From assembly GCF_020745735.1 (NCBI RefSeq), contig NC_083435.1, positions 36,295,090-36,359,089 of the forward strand: a stretch of DNA of 64,000 nt, in the 5' to 3' direction. The notes beneath the pieces were generated by a model that was not told the origin of the DNA, made no database searches, and was given only the letters and a program-made list of their open reading frames with translations. This DNA is from Hemiscyllium ocellatum (Eukaryota). The position numbers and the translations under genes are program-made. This document shows, one piece after another, positions 52,266-64,000 of the stretch (within the stretch, counting starts at the first letter, position 1; each line of letters opens with the position of its first letter).

Positions 52266-53640
52266 AGTGGCTCAGTGGTTAGCACTGCCGTCACACTGCT
52301 CCAGGAACCCAGATTTGACTCCAGGTTCAGTCGACTGTGTGGAGTTTGCACATTTTGCCATGTCTGCGTGGGTTTCCTCTGGGTGCTCCAATTTCCTCCC
52401 ACAGTCAGGGCAGCACAGTGGCTCAGTGGTTAGCACTGCTGCCTCACAGCACCAGGGGCCTGGGTTCAATTTCAGCCTCGGGGGACTGTCTGTGTGAAGT
52501 TTGCACATTCTCCTTGTGTCTGTATGGGTTTCCCACAATCCATAGTATTCAGGAATGTGCAGGTTAGGTGCATTAGTCAGGGGCAAATGTAGAGTAATAG
52601 GGTAGGGGAATGGGTCTGGGTGGGTTACTGTTCGGAGGGTCGGTGTTGATTGTTGTAACAGAAGGCCTGTTTCCACCCTGGAGATTATATGATATGATTA
52701 GATTAGATTCCCTCCAGGGTGGAAACAGGCCCTTCGGCCTATCCAGGCCCATCTCCCTCATGCACCTAGAAGTATGGGCAATTTAGCATGGTCAATTCAC
52801 TTAACCTGTACATCTTTGGACTGTATGAGGGAACTGGCTGTGGGCTTTGGACTGGCTGTGGGCGGCACGGTGGCACAGTGGTTAGCACTGCTGCCTCACA
52901 GCGCCTGAGACCCGGGTTCAATTCCTGACTCAGGCGACAGACTGTGTGGAGTTTGCACGTTCTCCCCGTGTCTGCGTGGGTTTCCTCCGGGTGCTCCGGT
53001 TTCCTCCCACATTCCAAAGATGTGCGGGTCAGGTGAATTGGCCATGCTAAATTGCTCGTAGTGTTAGGTGAGGGGTAGGTGTAGGGATGTGGGTGGGTTG
53101 CGCTTCGGCGGGTCGGTGTGGACTTGTTGGGCCGAAGGGCCTGTTTCCACACTGTAAGTAATCTAATCTAATAAATGTAGAGAGTGTGCTGCTGGAAAAC
53201 GGAACAGGAGCACCCGGAGGAAACCCACGCAGATACAGGGAGAATGTGCAAACTCCACAGGCAGTCACCCAGGCTGGAATTGAACCTGGGACCCTGTTGC
53301 TGTGAGGCAGCAGTGCTAACTGCTGAGCCATCGTACCGCCTTATGAGTCGTAAGTTGTGCAGGTGAGGTGAATTGGCCGTGCTAAATTGCCCATAGTGTT
53401 AGGTGCATTAGTCAGAGAGAGATGGGTCTGGGTGGGTTACTCTACGGAGGGTCGGTGTGGACTTGTTGGGCTGAAGGGCCTGTTTCCACACTGTGGGGAA
53501 TCTAACCTCATCTAAATTGTAGTGCCCAAGGATGTGCAGGCTGGGTGGGTTAGCCATGGTTAATGCGGGGTTTTTGGGATAGGATGAGGTCTTGGGTCTA
53601 GGTGGGATGCTCTTCAGCGAGTTGGCGATGAATCAATGGG
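52266..53640. mobile_element. Cluster of about six HE1-like SINE copies and fragments, including a young full copy at 52860-53172 (+)
   Basis: Repeated A/B-box heads, V domains and tails in both orientations. Confidence 0.85.
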
Positions 53641-56042
53641 CCGAATGACCTCTGCCTTGGAGGGATTCTGTGATTCAATACCCACTGCAGGATTCCTAAC
53701 CTCTGATCTGCTCTGTAGTCATTGTAATAATATGCCGAAAGCATTCAGGATTCACACTCAACAACAATCACAAATATTCCCTCCCTGCATCACTGATCCT
53801 CAATCACAGCAGAATGTACCATGTACAAGATGCACTGCAGAAATTCACCAAAGGTCCTCAGACAGCACCTTCCAAACACACAATCACTCCTATCTGGAAG
53901 GAGGAGGGTAGCAGATACATGGGAACACCTCCACCTACCTGCAAGCTCCCCTTTAAGCCTCTCGCCATCCTGACTCAGAAATGTATTTTCAGTTGCTTAC
54001 CTCATTCACAAGCGGAAGGGGGAGAGGGAGGAACTCAGAAATTGGAGACCAATCTCACTATTGCATGCAGATTACAAAATTCTGTCAAAGGTAATCACCA
54101 ACCGGGTCAGGTCTGCTCTGGGGTTGGTGATTCACCCTGACCAAACCTGTGCTGTGCCGGGCAGGAAGATCGCTGAGAGTCTCACACTCCTCAGGGATAC
54201 GATCGCCTACGTGCAGGACAGAGGGTTGGACGCCTGCCTGATCAGCCTGGACCAGGAAAAAGCCTTTGACAGGATATTACACAGGTATATGAGAGATGTT
54301 CTCTCCAAAATAGGCTTTGGGGAGGGAACCTGCATTTGGATCAGACTGCTCTACACCAACATTGTCAGTGCAGTCTCAATCAATGGGAGGGAATCAGATA
54401 GCTTCCCAGTCAGATCTGGAGTCAGGCAGGGCTGCCCTCTCTCTCCTGCCTTGTTTATGTGCTGCATAGAGCCATTTGCCGAGTCCATCAGGAAGGATGC
54501 GAGCCTGAGAGGGGTGACTATTCCTGGCAGCGGGGGCCAGCAGGTTAAGGCCTCCCTGTACATGGATGGTGTCACCATTTTCTGCTCGGATCCGCTGTCC
54601 GTGCGCAGACTCACGTGCATTTGTGACCAGTTCGAACGGGCCTCGGGGGCCAAGGTAAACCGAGGCAAGAGCGAGGCCATGCTGTTCGGGAACTGGGCCG
54701 ACCAATCCTCGATCCCCTTCACCGTCAGGACCGACCACCTGAAGGTGCTGGGTATTTGGTTCGGGGGGGCTGGGGCGTGCGCCAAGTCTTGGGAGGAGCG
54801 TATCAGCAAAGTGAGGCAGAAAGTGGGCAGATGGAAGCTACGGTCGCTCTCCATCGCGGGAAAAAAACCTGGTCATCAGGTGTGAGGCACTGTTATTGCT
54901 ATTATACGTGGCACAGGTCTGGCCTAGTCCCAGAACCTGTGCCGCTGCAGTCACTCAGGCCATCTTCCAGTTTATATGGAGATCAAAGATTAACTGGGTC
55001 CGAAGAGACTCGATGTATAAAGATCTGGGCAACGGGGGAAAAAATACACCCAATGCCACCCTCACCCTGATGGCTACCTTTGTGTGTGGCTGCATTCAGC
55101 TGTGCGTGGATCCCCGGTACGCAAACACCAAGTGTCACTACGTACTGAGGTTCTACCTGTCCCCGGTGTTGCGAAGGATGGGCCTGGCCTCGTTGCCGCG
55201 GAACGCTCCGAGTAATTGGACCGTTCCGTACCACCTGTCCTTCGTGGAGAAGTTTATGAAGAAAAACAACTTTGACCACAAGTCCATCAAGAAGTGGTCA
55301 GCACGTAGTGTCCTTGAGACCTTTCGGGAAAAGGAGAGGCCGGATCCTATCGAGCGGTTCCCTGAGCAGACTGTCAAAGCAATTTGGCAGAATGCCTCAT
55401 CACCAGAACTTTCCAACAAGCACCAAGACATGGCTTGGCTGGTGGTGAGAAGGGCTCTACCTGTGAGATCGTTTATGCATGCCCGGACTCTCAGCCGCAC
55501 CGCACGCTGCCCTCGAAGCGGCTGCAGGGGGGACGAGACTGTCACACACCTCCTTCTGGAATGTGCCTACGCAGAATAAGTCTGAGAGCAATGCAGTGGT
55601 GTTTGTCGAGGTTCGTCCCGAGCAGCGCTGTGACGCGGGACTCTGTGCCCTATGGTCTGTTCCCGGAACAGACACCGAGACGAACATCAACTGTGCCTGG
55701 GGGATCATCAACTCGGTGAAGGACACTCTCTGGGCGGTCCGAAACCTGTTGATCCTGACTGAGTGTTGCAGACTGGCACATTCCAAGGTCCAGGACTACG
55801 TGTTGAGGGATGAGCTGAAGCTTGGGGCAGCTGCCGCCAAGGCACGGTGGGGAAAGACTTAGCAAGGGGTCCGACGCAGTAACGGGACTTCGCTGGCCCC
55901 CTGCTAAATACGTGGATAGTAATCGTACAGACTTGTATCTTTGGATGATTACTCTGTCTCTGTATGCCAAGCAATGGAATGTTTATGAATTCATGTCATG
56001 ACCCATTGTATAGATCATCAAAATATGTTATGAATAAAGTAT

Positions 56043-56857
56043 TCAAAGTTTGGGAGAAGATTTGTAGCTCAGGTGCTCGTTGTTGTGGTTCTGTTCACCG
56101 AGCTGGGAATTTGTGTTGCAGACGTTTCGTCCCCTGTCTGGGTGACATCCTCAGTGCTTGGGAGCCTCCTGTGAAGCGCTTCTGTGATGTTTCCTCCGGC
56201 ATTTGTAGTGGTTTGAATCTGCCACTTCCCGTTGTCAGTTCCAGCTGCCCGTCGATGTGCTTATTGATTGAATCTGTGGGTGAGTGCCATGCCTCTAGGA
56301 ATTCCCTGGCTGTTCTCTGTTTGGCTTGTCCTATAATAGTAGTGTGGTCCCAGTCTTGTGTTAGCCGTCTTCCTGTTTGTCCTGTGTAGTGTCCTATGTA
56401 CATGAGCAAAACCAATGTAGTGTACAAAATCCCATGCAAGGACTGCACAAAACACTACACAGGACAAACAGGAAGACAGCTAACAACCCGCATCTATGAA
56501 CACCAACTAACCACGAAACGACACGACCAGCTATCCTTAGTAGCCACACACGCAGATGACAAGCAACATGAATTTGACTGGGACCACACTACTATTATAG
56601 GACAAGCCAAACAGAGAACAGCCAGGGAATTCCGAGAGGCATGGCACTCACCCACAGATTCAATCAATAAGCACATCGACCTGGTCGCAATATACCGACC
56701 ACTGCAGCGGAAGCGGCAGATTCAAACCACTACAAATGCCGGAGGAAGGATCACAGAAGCGCTTCACAGGAGGCTCCCAAGCACTGAGGATGTCACCTAG
56801 ACAGGGGACGAAATGTCTGCAACACAAATTCCCAGCTCGGCGAACAGAACCACAACA
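56043..56857. mobile_element. Short Penelope-like insertion with inverted arms
   Basis: GIY-YIG remnant NVVYKIPCKDCTKHYTGQTGR. 13-bp TSD ATGAATAAAGTAT (56030-56042 / 56858-56870). Confidence 0.92.
56118..56157 (-). ncRNA. Minimal type I hammerhead ribozyme (canonical GUC site)
   Basis: GCA-CTGAGGA-T-GTCACC-CAGACA-GGGGAC-GAAA-CG-TC-TGC. Confidence 0.75.
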
Positions 56858-57229
56858 ATGAATAAAGTATATTTTTGAAGTAAAAAATTAATTTTCAGTA
56901 GCTCACAGGATGAGGATGTCACTAGGTGGACCAGCATTTATTACCCATCCATAATTTCCCAGAAGGCAGTAGATAGTCAACCTTAGCCATGTTTTGGGGA
57001 CATTTCACCTAATTCAATGGACAGGCTTCTCAGGAACGGGGGCCCCTTCTTGGTCTTAATGTACCTGTTCTCCATAAACTGCAGAGGTGGTGGGGCTGTG
57101 CCAGTAAAGTCAGGGCAGAGATACACAAGTGTCCTTCCCACATCCCCTCTTCGTCCACCATTCAAGATTGATAATTGAGGTTCAAAGAGCCCAGTGCAAA
57201 TCCAGGGCCAGATAAATTAACTTTATTGA

Positions 57230-58420
57230 GATTTTGAAGATGGAACAAAGAGGATTCATGAGGTCAGAGCAGAGGATGTGATCCATATGGACTTAGTAAG
57301 GCGTTCGACAAGGTTCCTCATGGAACACTGGTTAGCATGCTTAGATCACATGGAATACAGGGAGAACGAGCCATTTGGATACAGAACTGGCTCAAAAGTT
57401 GAAGACAGAGGGTGGTAGTGGAGGGCTGCTTTTCAGACTGGAGGCCTGTGACCAGTGAAGTTCCACAAGGATCAGTGCTGGGTCTGCTGCTCTTCACTAT
57501 TTATATAAATGATTTGGATGTGAGCATAAGAGGTAAAGTTAGTAAGTTTTCAGATGACAGAGGGTTACCTCTGAGTACAACGGGATCTTGATCAGATGGG
57601 CCAATTGGCTGAGGAGTACAGATGGAGTTTAATTTAGGTAAATGTGAGGTGCTGCATTTTGGAAAGGCAAACCAGGGCAAGACTTATACACTTAATGGTC
57701 AGGTCCTAGGGAGTGTTGTTGAACAAAGAGACCTTGGAGTGCAGGTTCATAGCTCTGTAAAAGTAGAGTCAAAAGTAGATAGGATTGTGAAAAAGGCACT
57801 TTGTATGCTTTCATTTATTGGTCAGAACATTAAGAATAGGAGTTGGGAGGCCATGTTGCAGGTGTACAGGACATTGGTCAGGCCACTTTTGGAATACAGT
57901 GTGCAATTCTGGTCTCTCTCCTATCGGAAGGATTTTGTGAAACTTTAAAGGGTTCAGAAAAAGATTTACAAAGATGTCGCCAGGGTTGGCGGTTTTGAGC
58001 TGTAGGGAGAGGTTGAATAAGCTGGGTCTGTTTTCCCTGGAGCATCAGAGGCTGAGGGGTCAATTTGTAGAGGTTTATAAATCAGGAGGGGCAGGGATAG
58101 GGTGAACAGCCCTGGGGTGGGGGAGTCCAGAACTAGAGGCATAGGTTTAGGGTGAGAGGGTGAATATACGAAAGGAGCATAAGGGAAACTTTTTCACCCA
58201 GAGGGTGGTGCGTGTATGGAATGAGCTGCCAATGGAAGTGGTGGAAGCTGGTACAATTATAACATTGTAAAGGCATCTGGATGGATATATGAATAGGAAG
58301 GGTTTAGAGGGATATGGGCCAAGTGCTGACAAATGGGACTAGATTGGTTTCGAATATCTGTTTGGCATGGAGAAGTTGGGCCAAAGGGTTTGTTTCTGTG
58401 CTGTACAACTCTATGAATCT
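57230..58420 (+). mobile_element. CR1 LINE RT and 3' fragment
   Basis: MEFNLGKCEVLHFG...LVRPLLEYSVQFWS. Confidence 0.85.
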
Positions 58421-59439
58421 GTAAATGGTTCCCAACAGGGGGTTGGCTTTGAGACCAAGTAAACAAGCTATCAGACCGGGCCGATAATGTGTGTCTAGTG
58501 TGCTACTGCCAGTGTCATGTGACCTTCCGAGACCACTCCCAAACCCGCTGCCTCTGGTACATAACCCAGGGCCCTGCAAATTATCCTAAGGCCCACTGTA
58601 TGGTCTACTGACTCTTTTCCATCTGTCACACAGTTCATGGCGGTTTTACAGGATTCTGAGGAGCATGGGATGAACAGATAGTCGGAGTCTTTTCCCCAGG
58701 GTAGGAATGCCAATTTCTAGGGGACATAGTTGGTGTTGAAAGGGGGGATGTTTAAAGGCGATATGAGAGGCAGGGGTTTTGACACAGAAGGTGGTAAGTG
58801 CCTGTAATGCACTGTCAGAGGAGGTGATAGAGGCAGATAAAAGAGCAATGTTTAAGAGGCACCTTGACTGATCAATGAACGGGGAGGGAATAGAGGGATA
58901 CAGACTCCTGAGAGGCAAAAGGTGTTCAGTACAGATTTAGTGGGCCATGTTCAGGGAGGAGCAGAACCTCAGGGACCACAGAGTGCTCGATCCTTTGCAG
59001 CATCTGCTGGATAGCTACAATTATATCGGTTTTTAGTTTATAAATCAGGGGAGAGGGTGGACACAAGTTCCCCACTACCGTAAAGTTTGCAATTGACGAT
59101 ACCACGTTTGGGAACATTACAGGCGCTAGCACACCCAGAATGCAATGGGATGGTCGCATCCTGGGCGAAGCACCTTCATTTTTGTTCATTGCGAAATTTT
59201 TAAAAATCCTAATATACAGGGTGGGGTTTGGGAGAGGTGGGGGTGGTATTCATAGCATTTGGAAGAGAAAAGAGTAGCTTGAGGACAGTACAGTGTTAAT
59301 GATAGCAAGTTAAACATTAATGGCAGTGTTGGTAATTCTAGTACTAAACAGCCCAAGCACTGGCACAGCAGGACACAAGGAAAGCAAGGGCTAAATTTTA
59401 AACTTTCCAAACACTGACTGGGGACTGCCAGAATGTTAA

Positions 59440-60420
59440 GAACTTGGATGGAGAGAAATTTGTTGCTAAATCCCTGGGACCTGATGAAGTATATCCCAGG
59501 ACTTTATAGGAGGCCAGGGAGAAAATTGTGTGGCCTCTAGCAGAGATATTTGTCCCATTGCCAGCCAGGGTGAAGTGCTGCAGGGGATGGCTAATGTTGT
59601 GAAATTATTTAAGAAAGGCTGCAGGGGAATGCCTTGGGAACGATAGACTGGTGATCATCACAGCTGTGGTTGGTAAGTTGTGAGAGAGGATTCTGAGAGT
59701 TGGGACCCAGAGGCATTTGGAGAGGCAAGGACTCATTTGGAATAGTCAGTGTGGCTTTGTGCATGGCAAATTGTTCTCATGAATTTGATTAAGTTTTTCC
59801 AAGGTGTGCCAAGAAAGTGGATGAGGGCAGTGTGGTAATTGTTGTCTTCATGGATTTTGGCAAGGCCTTTGACCAGGTACCACATAGTGGGTTATTCAGT
59901 AAGGTTAGATCTCACAGGATCAAGGGAGAGCCAGCCAACTGGATACAAAAGTGGCTTGAAGGTAGAAAACAGAGCGTGGTGGAAGAGGGTTATTTCTGAA
60001 ACTAGAATCCTACGGCCAATGGCGTACTACAGGAATTGGTGCTGCATCTAATGTTACCCATCATTTATTTAAATGAATTGAATAAGAGGTATGGTTTGTA
60101 GGTTTGCAGATGACCCCAGGATTAGTAGTATCATGGACAGCAAATAAGGTTAACTGGGAGTACAATGGAATCTTGATCAAATGGGCTAGTGGCCTGAGGA
60201 ATGGCAGGTGGAGTTTAACATAGGTAAATGCAAGGTGTTGCATTTTGTAGGTCAAACCAGGACAGGAATTACACAGTCAATTGTAGGCAGTCTGGTTACC
60301 CTACTAGAGGAAGGATATTGTTAAACCAGAAAGTGTGCAGAGATGATTGACTGGGATGCTACCTGGACTGGAAGGTTTGAGCAGTACAAGGAGAGGTTGG
60401 GATGTCTGGGGTGTATAAGA
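59440..60420 (+). mobile_element. Old CR1 LINE RT fragment
   Basis: VDEGSVVIVVFMDFGKAFDQVPH...WIQKWLEGRKQ. Confidence 0.8.
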
Positions 60421-60439
60421 CTGAGGGGGTGATCTCCTA

Positions 60440-61010
60440 AAGGTCTTGTTCTGCATAGTTCTGTGATGCAGGACTCTATGTTCTACCGTCTGTTCCCTGG
60501 AACGCACACTGAGACAAACACAGACTGAACTTAGACAGCCATCAATTCAGTGAAAGGTGCTCTTTGATCTACCTAAAAATTGTTGTCCTTTCAGAACAAG
60601 GAGTTGTCCTTTCCTAAGTGTTGGAAGCACATTTCAATGTCCAGGACTACGTGCTGAGAGACGCAGTAAAGCTTGAAGGCAGCTGCCAGCAAGATATAAT
60701 TGGGAAAGACCATTGTCAAAGGTCTCCCTGCTGAAGGTAAAATGGGGTCCATTCAGTTATTGGACGTTCCTGGTGCATCAAATACAGTCAAAGAAGCAAA
60801 GAGATGTACAGCACGGTAACAGACACTTTGGTCCAACTTGTCCATGCCGACCAGCTATCCCAACCCCATCTCGTCCCACCTGCCAGCACACAGCCCATAT
60901 CCCTCTAAACTCTTCCTATTCATAAACCCATTCAGATACCTATAAGAAAAGTATATAAATAAAGTTTCTTTGATGAATGAATGTATTTTTGAAATGTAAA
61001 AATGTATAAA
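60440..61010 (+). mobile_element. Old Tx1-clade 3' fragment interrupted by a minus-strand SINE tail
   Basis: GTCCAGGACTACGTGCTGAGAGACGCAGTAAAGCTT matches the 3' ORF end of the young Tx1 copies. Confidence 0.65.
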
Positions 61011-61515
61011 ATCATGACAGGCATCAATAAGCGAGATATCCAACAGCTTTTCCCCATGGCAGTGGAATCTCAGACTAATCTGTAGGTGTATGAGCCATGG
61101 GAAATGTAGGGTTACAAGGAAAGGGGAGGGGGATGGATCTGGGTGGGATGCTCTTTGGAGGGTCAATGTGGACTTGTTGGGTCAAATACCTGTTGCCACA
61201 CTATTGACATTCTGTACAGTGGGCATCGATATAAAAGGGTTCGGGGGCAATTTTTTTCAAATACAGGGTCGTGAGTGTCTGGAACAGGATGCCAGAGGTA
61301 GTGGTGGAGTCAAGTACAATATTGTCAGTTAGGAAATATCTGGACAGGTGCATGGATGGGACAGATATGGAGGCAAATGAGATTAAATTTAATTGTGAAC
61401 ACTGTGCAGCAGAGACAATTTGGGCCGAACAGCCTGTCACAGTACTGTAAACTTCTATGATTAGATGACAATATCTACCCTGTCCTTTTCCCACAGGATC
61501 TCAAGGACGCTACGT

Positions 61516-63357
61516 ATATCACACATGTATATGAGAGATGTTCTTTCCAAAATGGGCTTTGGGGAGGGAATCTGCAATTGGATCAGACTGCTCTACACCA
61601 ACATCGTCAGTGCAGTCTCAATCAATGGGTGGGAATCAGATAGCTTCCCAGTCAGATCTGGAGTCAGGCAGGGCTGCCCTCTCTCTCCTGCCTTGTTTGT
61701 GTGCTGCATAGAGCCATTTGCCGAGTCCATCAGGAAGGATCCGAGCCTGAGAGGGGTGACTATTCCTGGCAGTGGGGGCCTGCAGGTTAAGGCCTCCCTG
61801 TACATGGATGACGTCGCCGTTTTCTGCTCGGATCCGCTGACCGTGCGCAGACTCATGTGCATTTGTGACCAGTTCGAACGGGCCTCGGGGGCCAAGGTAA
61901 ACCGAGGCAAGAGAGATGCCAAGCTCTTCGGGAACTGGGCCGACCAATCCTCGATCCCCATCACCGTCAGGACCGACCACCTGAAGGTGCTGGGTATTTG
62001 GTTCAGGGGTGCTGGGGCGTGCGCCAAGTCTTGGGAGGAGCGTATCAGCAAAGTGAGGCAGAAACTGGGCAGATGGAAGCTACGGTCGCTCTCCATCACG
62101 GGAAAAAATCCTGGTCAACAGGTGTGAGGCACTGTCATTGCTGTTGTACGTGGCACAGGTCTGGCCTATTCCCAGAACCTGTGCCGCTGCAGTCACCCGG
62201 GCCATCTTCCAGGTTATATGGAGTTCAAAGATGGACCGGGTCCGAAGGGACTCGCTGTACAAAGATCTGGGCAACGGGGGAAAAAATACACCCAATACCA
62301 CCCTCCCCCTTATGGGCACCTTTGTGTGTGGCTGCATCAAGCTGTGCGTGGATCCCCGGTACGCAAACACCAAGTATCACTGCGTACTGATGGTCTACCT
62401 GTCCCCAGTGTTGCGAAGGATGGGCCTGGCCTCGCTGCCGCGGAATGCTCCGAGTAGTTGGACCGTTCCGTATCACCTGTCCTTTGTGGAGAAATTTTTG
62501 AAGAAAAACATCTTTGACCACAAGTCCATCAGGAAGTGGTCAGCACGTAGCATCCTCAAGACCCTTCGGGAAAAGGAAAGGGCGGAGCCTGTTGAGTGGT
62601 TCCCTGAGCAGACTGTCAAAGCAATTTGGCCGAATGCCTCATCGACAGAACTTGCCAACAAGCACCAAGACATGGCTTGGCTGGTGGTGAGAAGGGCTCT
62701 GCCTGTGAGATCCTTTATGCACGCCCGGACTCTCAGCCGCACCGCACGCTGCCCTCGAAGCGGCTGCGGGGGGGACGAGACTGTCACACACCTCCTTCTG
62801 GAATGTGCCTATGCAGAAGAAGTCTGGAGAGGAATGCAGTGGTATTTGTCGAGGTTCGTCCCGAACAGCGCTGTGACGCGGGACTCCGTGCTCTACGGCC
62901 TGTTCCCGGGACGCACACCGAGACGAACATCAACTGTGTCTGGAGGATCATCAACTCGGTGAAGGACGCTCTCTGTGTGGTCCAAAACCTGTTGATCTTC
63001 CAGTTGAAGGAGTTGACTCCGACTGAGTGTTGCAGACTGGCATATTCCAAGGTCCGGGACTACGTGTTGAGGGACGCGCTGAAGCTCGGGGCAGCTGCCG
63101 CCAAGGCGCGGTGGGGAAAGACCACCGTGTAACATCTGCCTGTCGAAAGAAAAGCAGGGGGCCCATGCAGTCATTTGGGCTCTGCTGATGCCTCAGCTCA
63201 ATATATGAGTGAGAAATGCACAGATCTGTATGTAATAATGATAATTCTGAGCTGTGTATGTAAATGTGGAAATATGCATGGCATTACCTAATGTACAGTG
63301 TATCAAATTATTTTATGAATATTATACAAATAAAGTATATTTTTGAAATAAAAAAAA
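61516..63357 (+). mobile_element. 5'-truncated Tx1-clade LINE, copy 3; tail abuts U1 snRNA sequence
   Basis: RT KASLYMDDV, zf-RVT, ORF end ARWGKTTV*, AATAAAGTATATTTTTGAAAT plus A8 tail. No TSD found. Confidence 0.92.
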
Positions 63358-63358
63358 T

Positions 63359-63486
63359 GGTGGTTCTCCCAGGACGAGGCTATCCCATTGCACTTTGGGT
63401 GTGCTGACGCCTGCGATGTCCCCACATGTGGGATACTCGACTGCAAAGTTTGTGGTAGTGGGGGACTGCGTTCGCGCTATCCCCTG
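63359..63486 (+). pseudogene. RNU1: U1 snRNA nt 37-164 (5'-truncated U1 gene)
   Basis: 128 nt colinear without gaps with human U1 nt 37-164 as recalled (about 113/128 identical by hand). U1A loop ATTGCAC at 63387-63393 and stem-loop IV intact; Sm site reads AAAGTTTGTGG; 5' splice-site-pairing end absent. Confidence 0.93.
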
Positions 63487-63496
63487 ATTTACCAGC

Positions 63497-63506
63497 AAAA
63501 AGCAGA
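63497..63506 (+). terminator. snRNA 3' box-like element
   Basis: AAAAAGCAGA 11-20 nt after the U1 end matches the AAARYAGA half of the 3' box consensus; the GTTY half is not evident. Confidence 0.5.
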
Positions 63507-63715
63507 TCTTTCAGTAGATGGCGCTCACTTGTGCTTCATACGGCTTCCTATCTCCCGCGCACCGACGTTCAATTCAGTTTCACCCAAATCGGCAGATAAT
63601 GCCGCACGTCTTACTTCATCCTGCAATAAACCGCGGTGTTCAAAGCTTTTCATAAGAGGACCAAGCCCTTCAAATAACCAAATCTGCGCCCGCATTTGCT
63701 CCATTTCCCTCTATT

Positions 63716-64000
63716 AGTGGTTAGCACTGCTGCCTCACAGCGCCTGAGACCTGGGTTCAGTTCCCGACTCAGGCGACTGACTGTGTGGAGTTTGCACATT
63801 CTCCCCGTGTCTGTGTGGGTTTCCTCCGGGTGCTCCGGTTTCCTCCCACAGTCCAAAGATGTGCGGGTCAGGTGAATTGGCCATGCTAAATTGCCCGTGG
63901 TGTTGGGTAAGGGATAAATGTAGGGGCATGGGTGGGTTGTGCTTCGGCGGGCCGGTGTGGACTTGGGCCAAAGGGCCTGTTTCCACACTGTAAGTAATCT
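63716..64000 (+). mobile_element. Young HE1-like SINE running off the window end
   Basis: B box, V domain and tail present; first ~15 nt missing. Confidence 0.93.

Larger units (their letters stand above)
54001..56890 (+). mobile_element. 5'-truncated Tx1-clade LINE, copy 2, with a Penelope nested in its 3' tail
   Basis: WRPISLLHADYKILSK, ISLDQEKAFD, GVRQGCPLSP, zf-RVT. TSD ATTTTCAGTTGCTTAC (53985-54000) / ATTTTCAGTAGCTCAC (56891-56906). Confidence 0.9.

Noticed and set aside
61471-61506. Possible decayed U1 5' half upstream of Tx1 copy 3 (ATATCTACCCTG...GGATCTCAAGG)
   Set aside because: Only patchy similarity; the GGCAGGGGAG segment is absent. This is far below the ~88% identity of the 3' part.

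Overview
Repeat-dense vertebrate DNA, inferred from its HE1/V-type SINEs and CR1, Penelope and Tx1 repertoire to be from a cartilaginous fish (probably a shark). Two host genes are supported. (1) A + strand two-coding-exon gene (3370-3466 joined to 3776-5658, 659 aa) for a septin/AIG1-like TRAFAC GTPase with a Cys/His cluster and C-terminal coiled coil. (2) A - strand TRIM gene of which only exon 1 (RING + B-box, 46688-46272) and the 96-nt exon 2 (33583-33488) are visible; no PRY-SPRY exon lies in the window. The rest is mostly retroelements: CR1 LINEs, more than 20 SINEs, three young and two old Tx1-clade LINE copies, a decayed Gypsy pol and three Penelope-like families. Most notable: a Tx1 LINE whose poly(A) tail joins directly to nt 37-164 of a U1 snRNA gene that keeps its 3' box-like flank; three Penelope insertions with inverted arms, 12-14 bp target-site duplications and minimal hammerhead ribozymes; a ~1.3-kb foldback palindrome with a Penelope nested in one arm; and a 9 x 56-bp hairpin-forming minisatellite in TRIM intron 1. 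All alignments were done by eye. Reference comparisons are from memory, and repeat boundaries are approximate unless a TSD is quoted.
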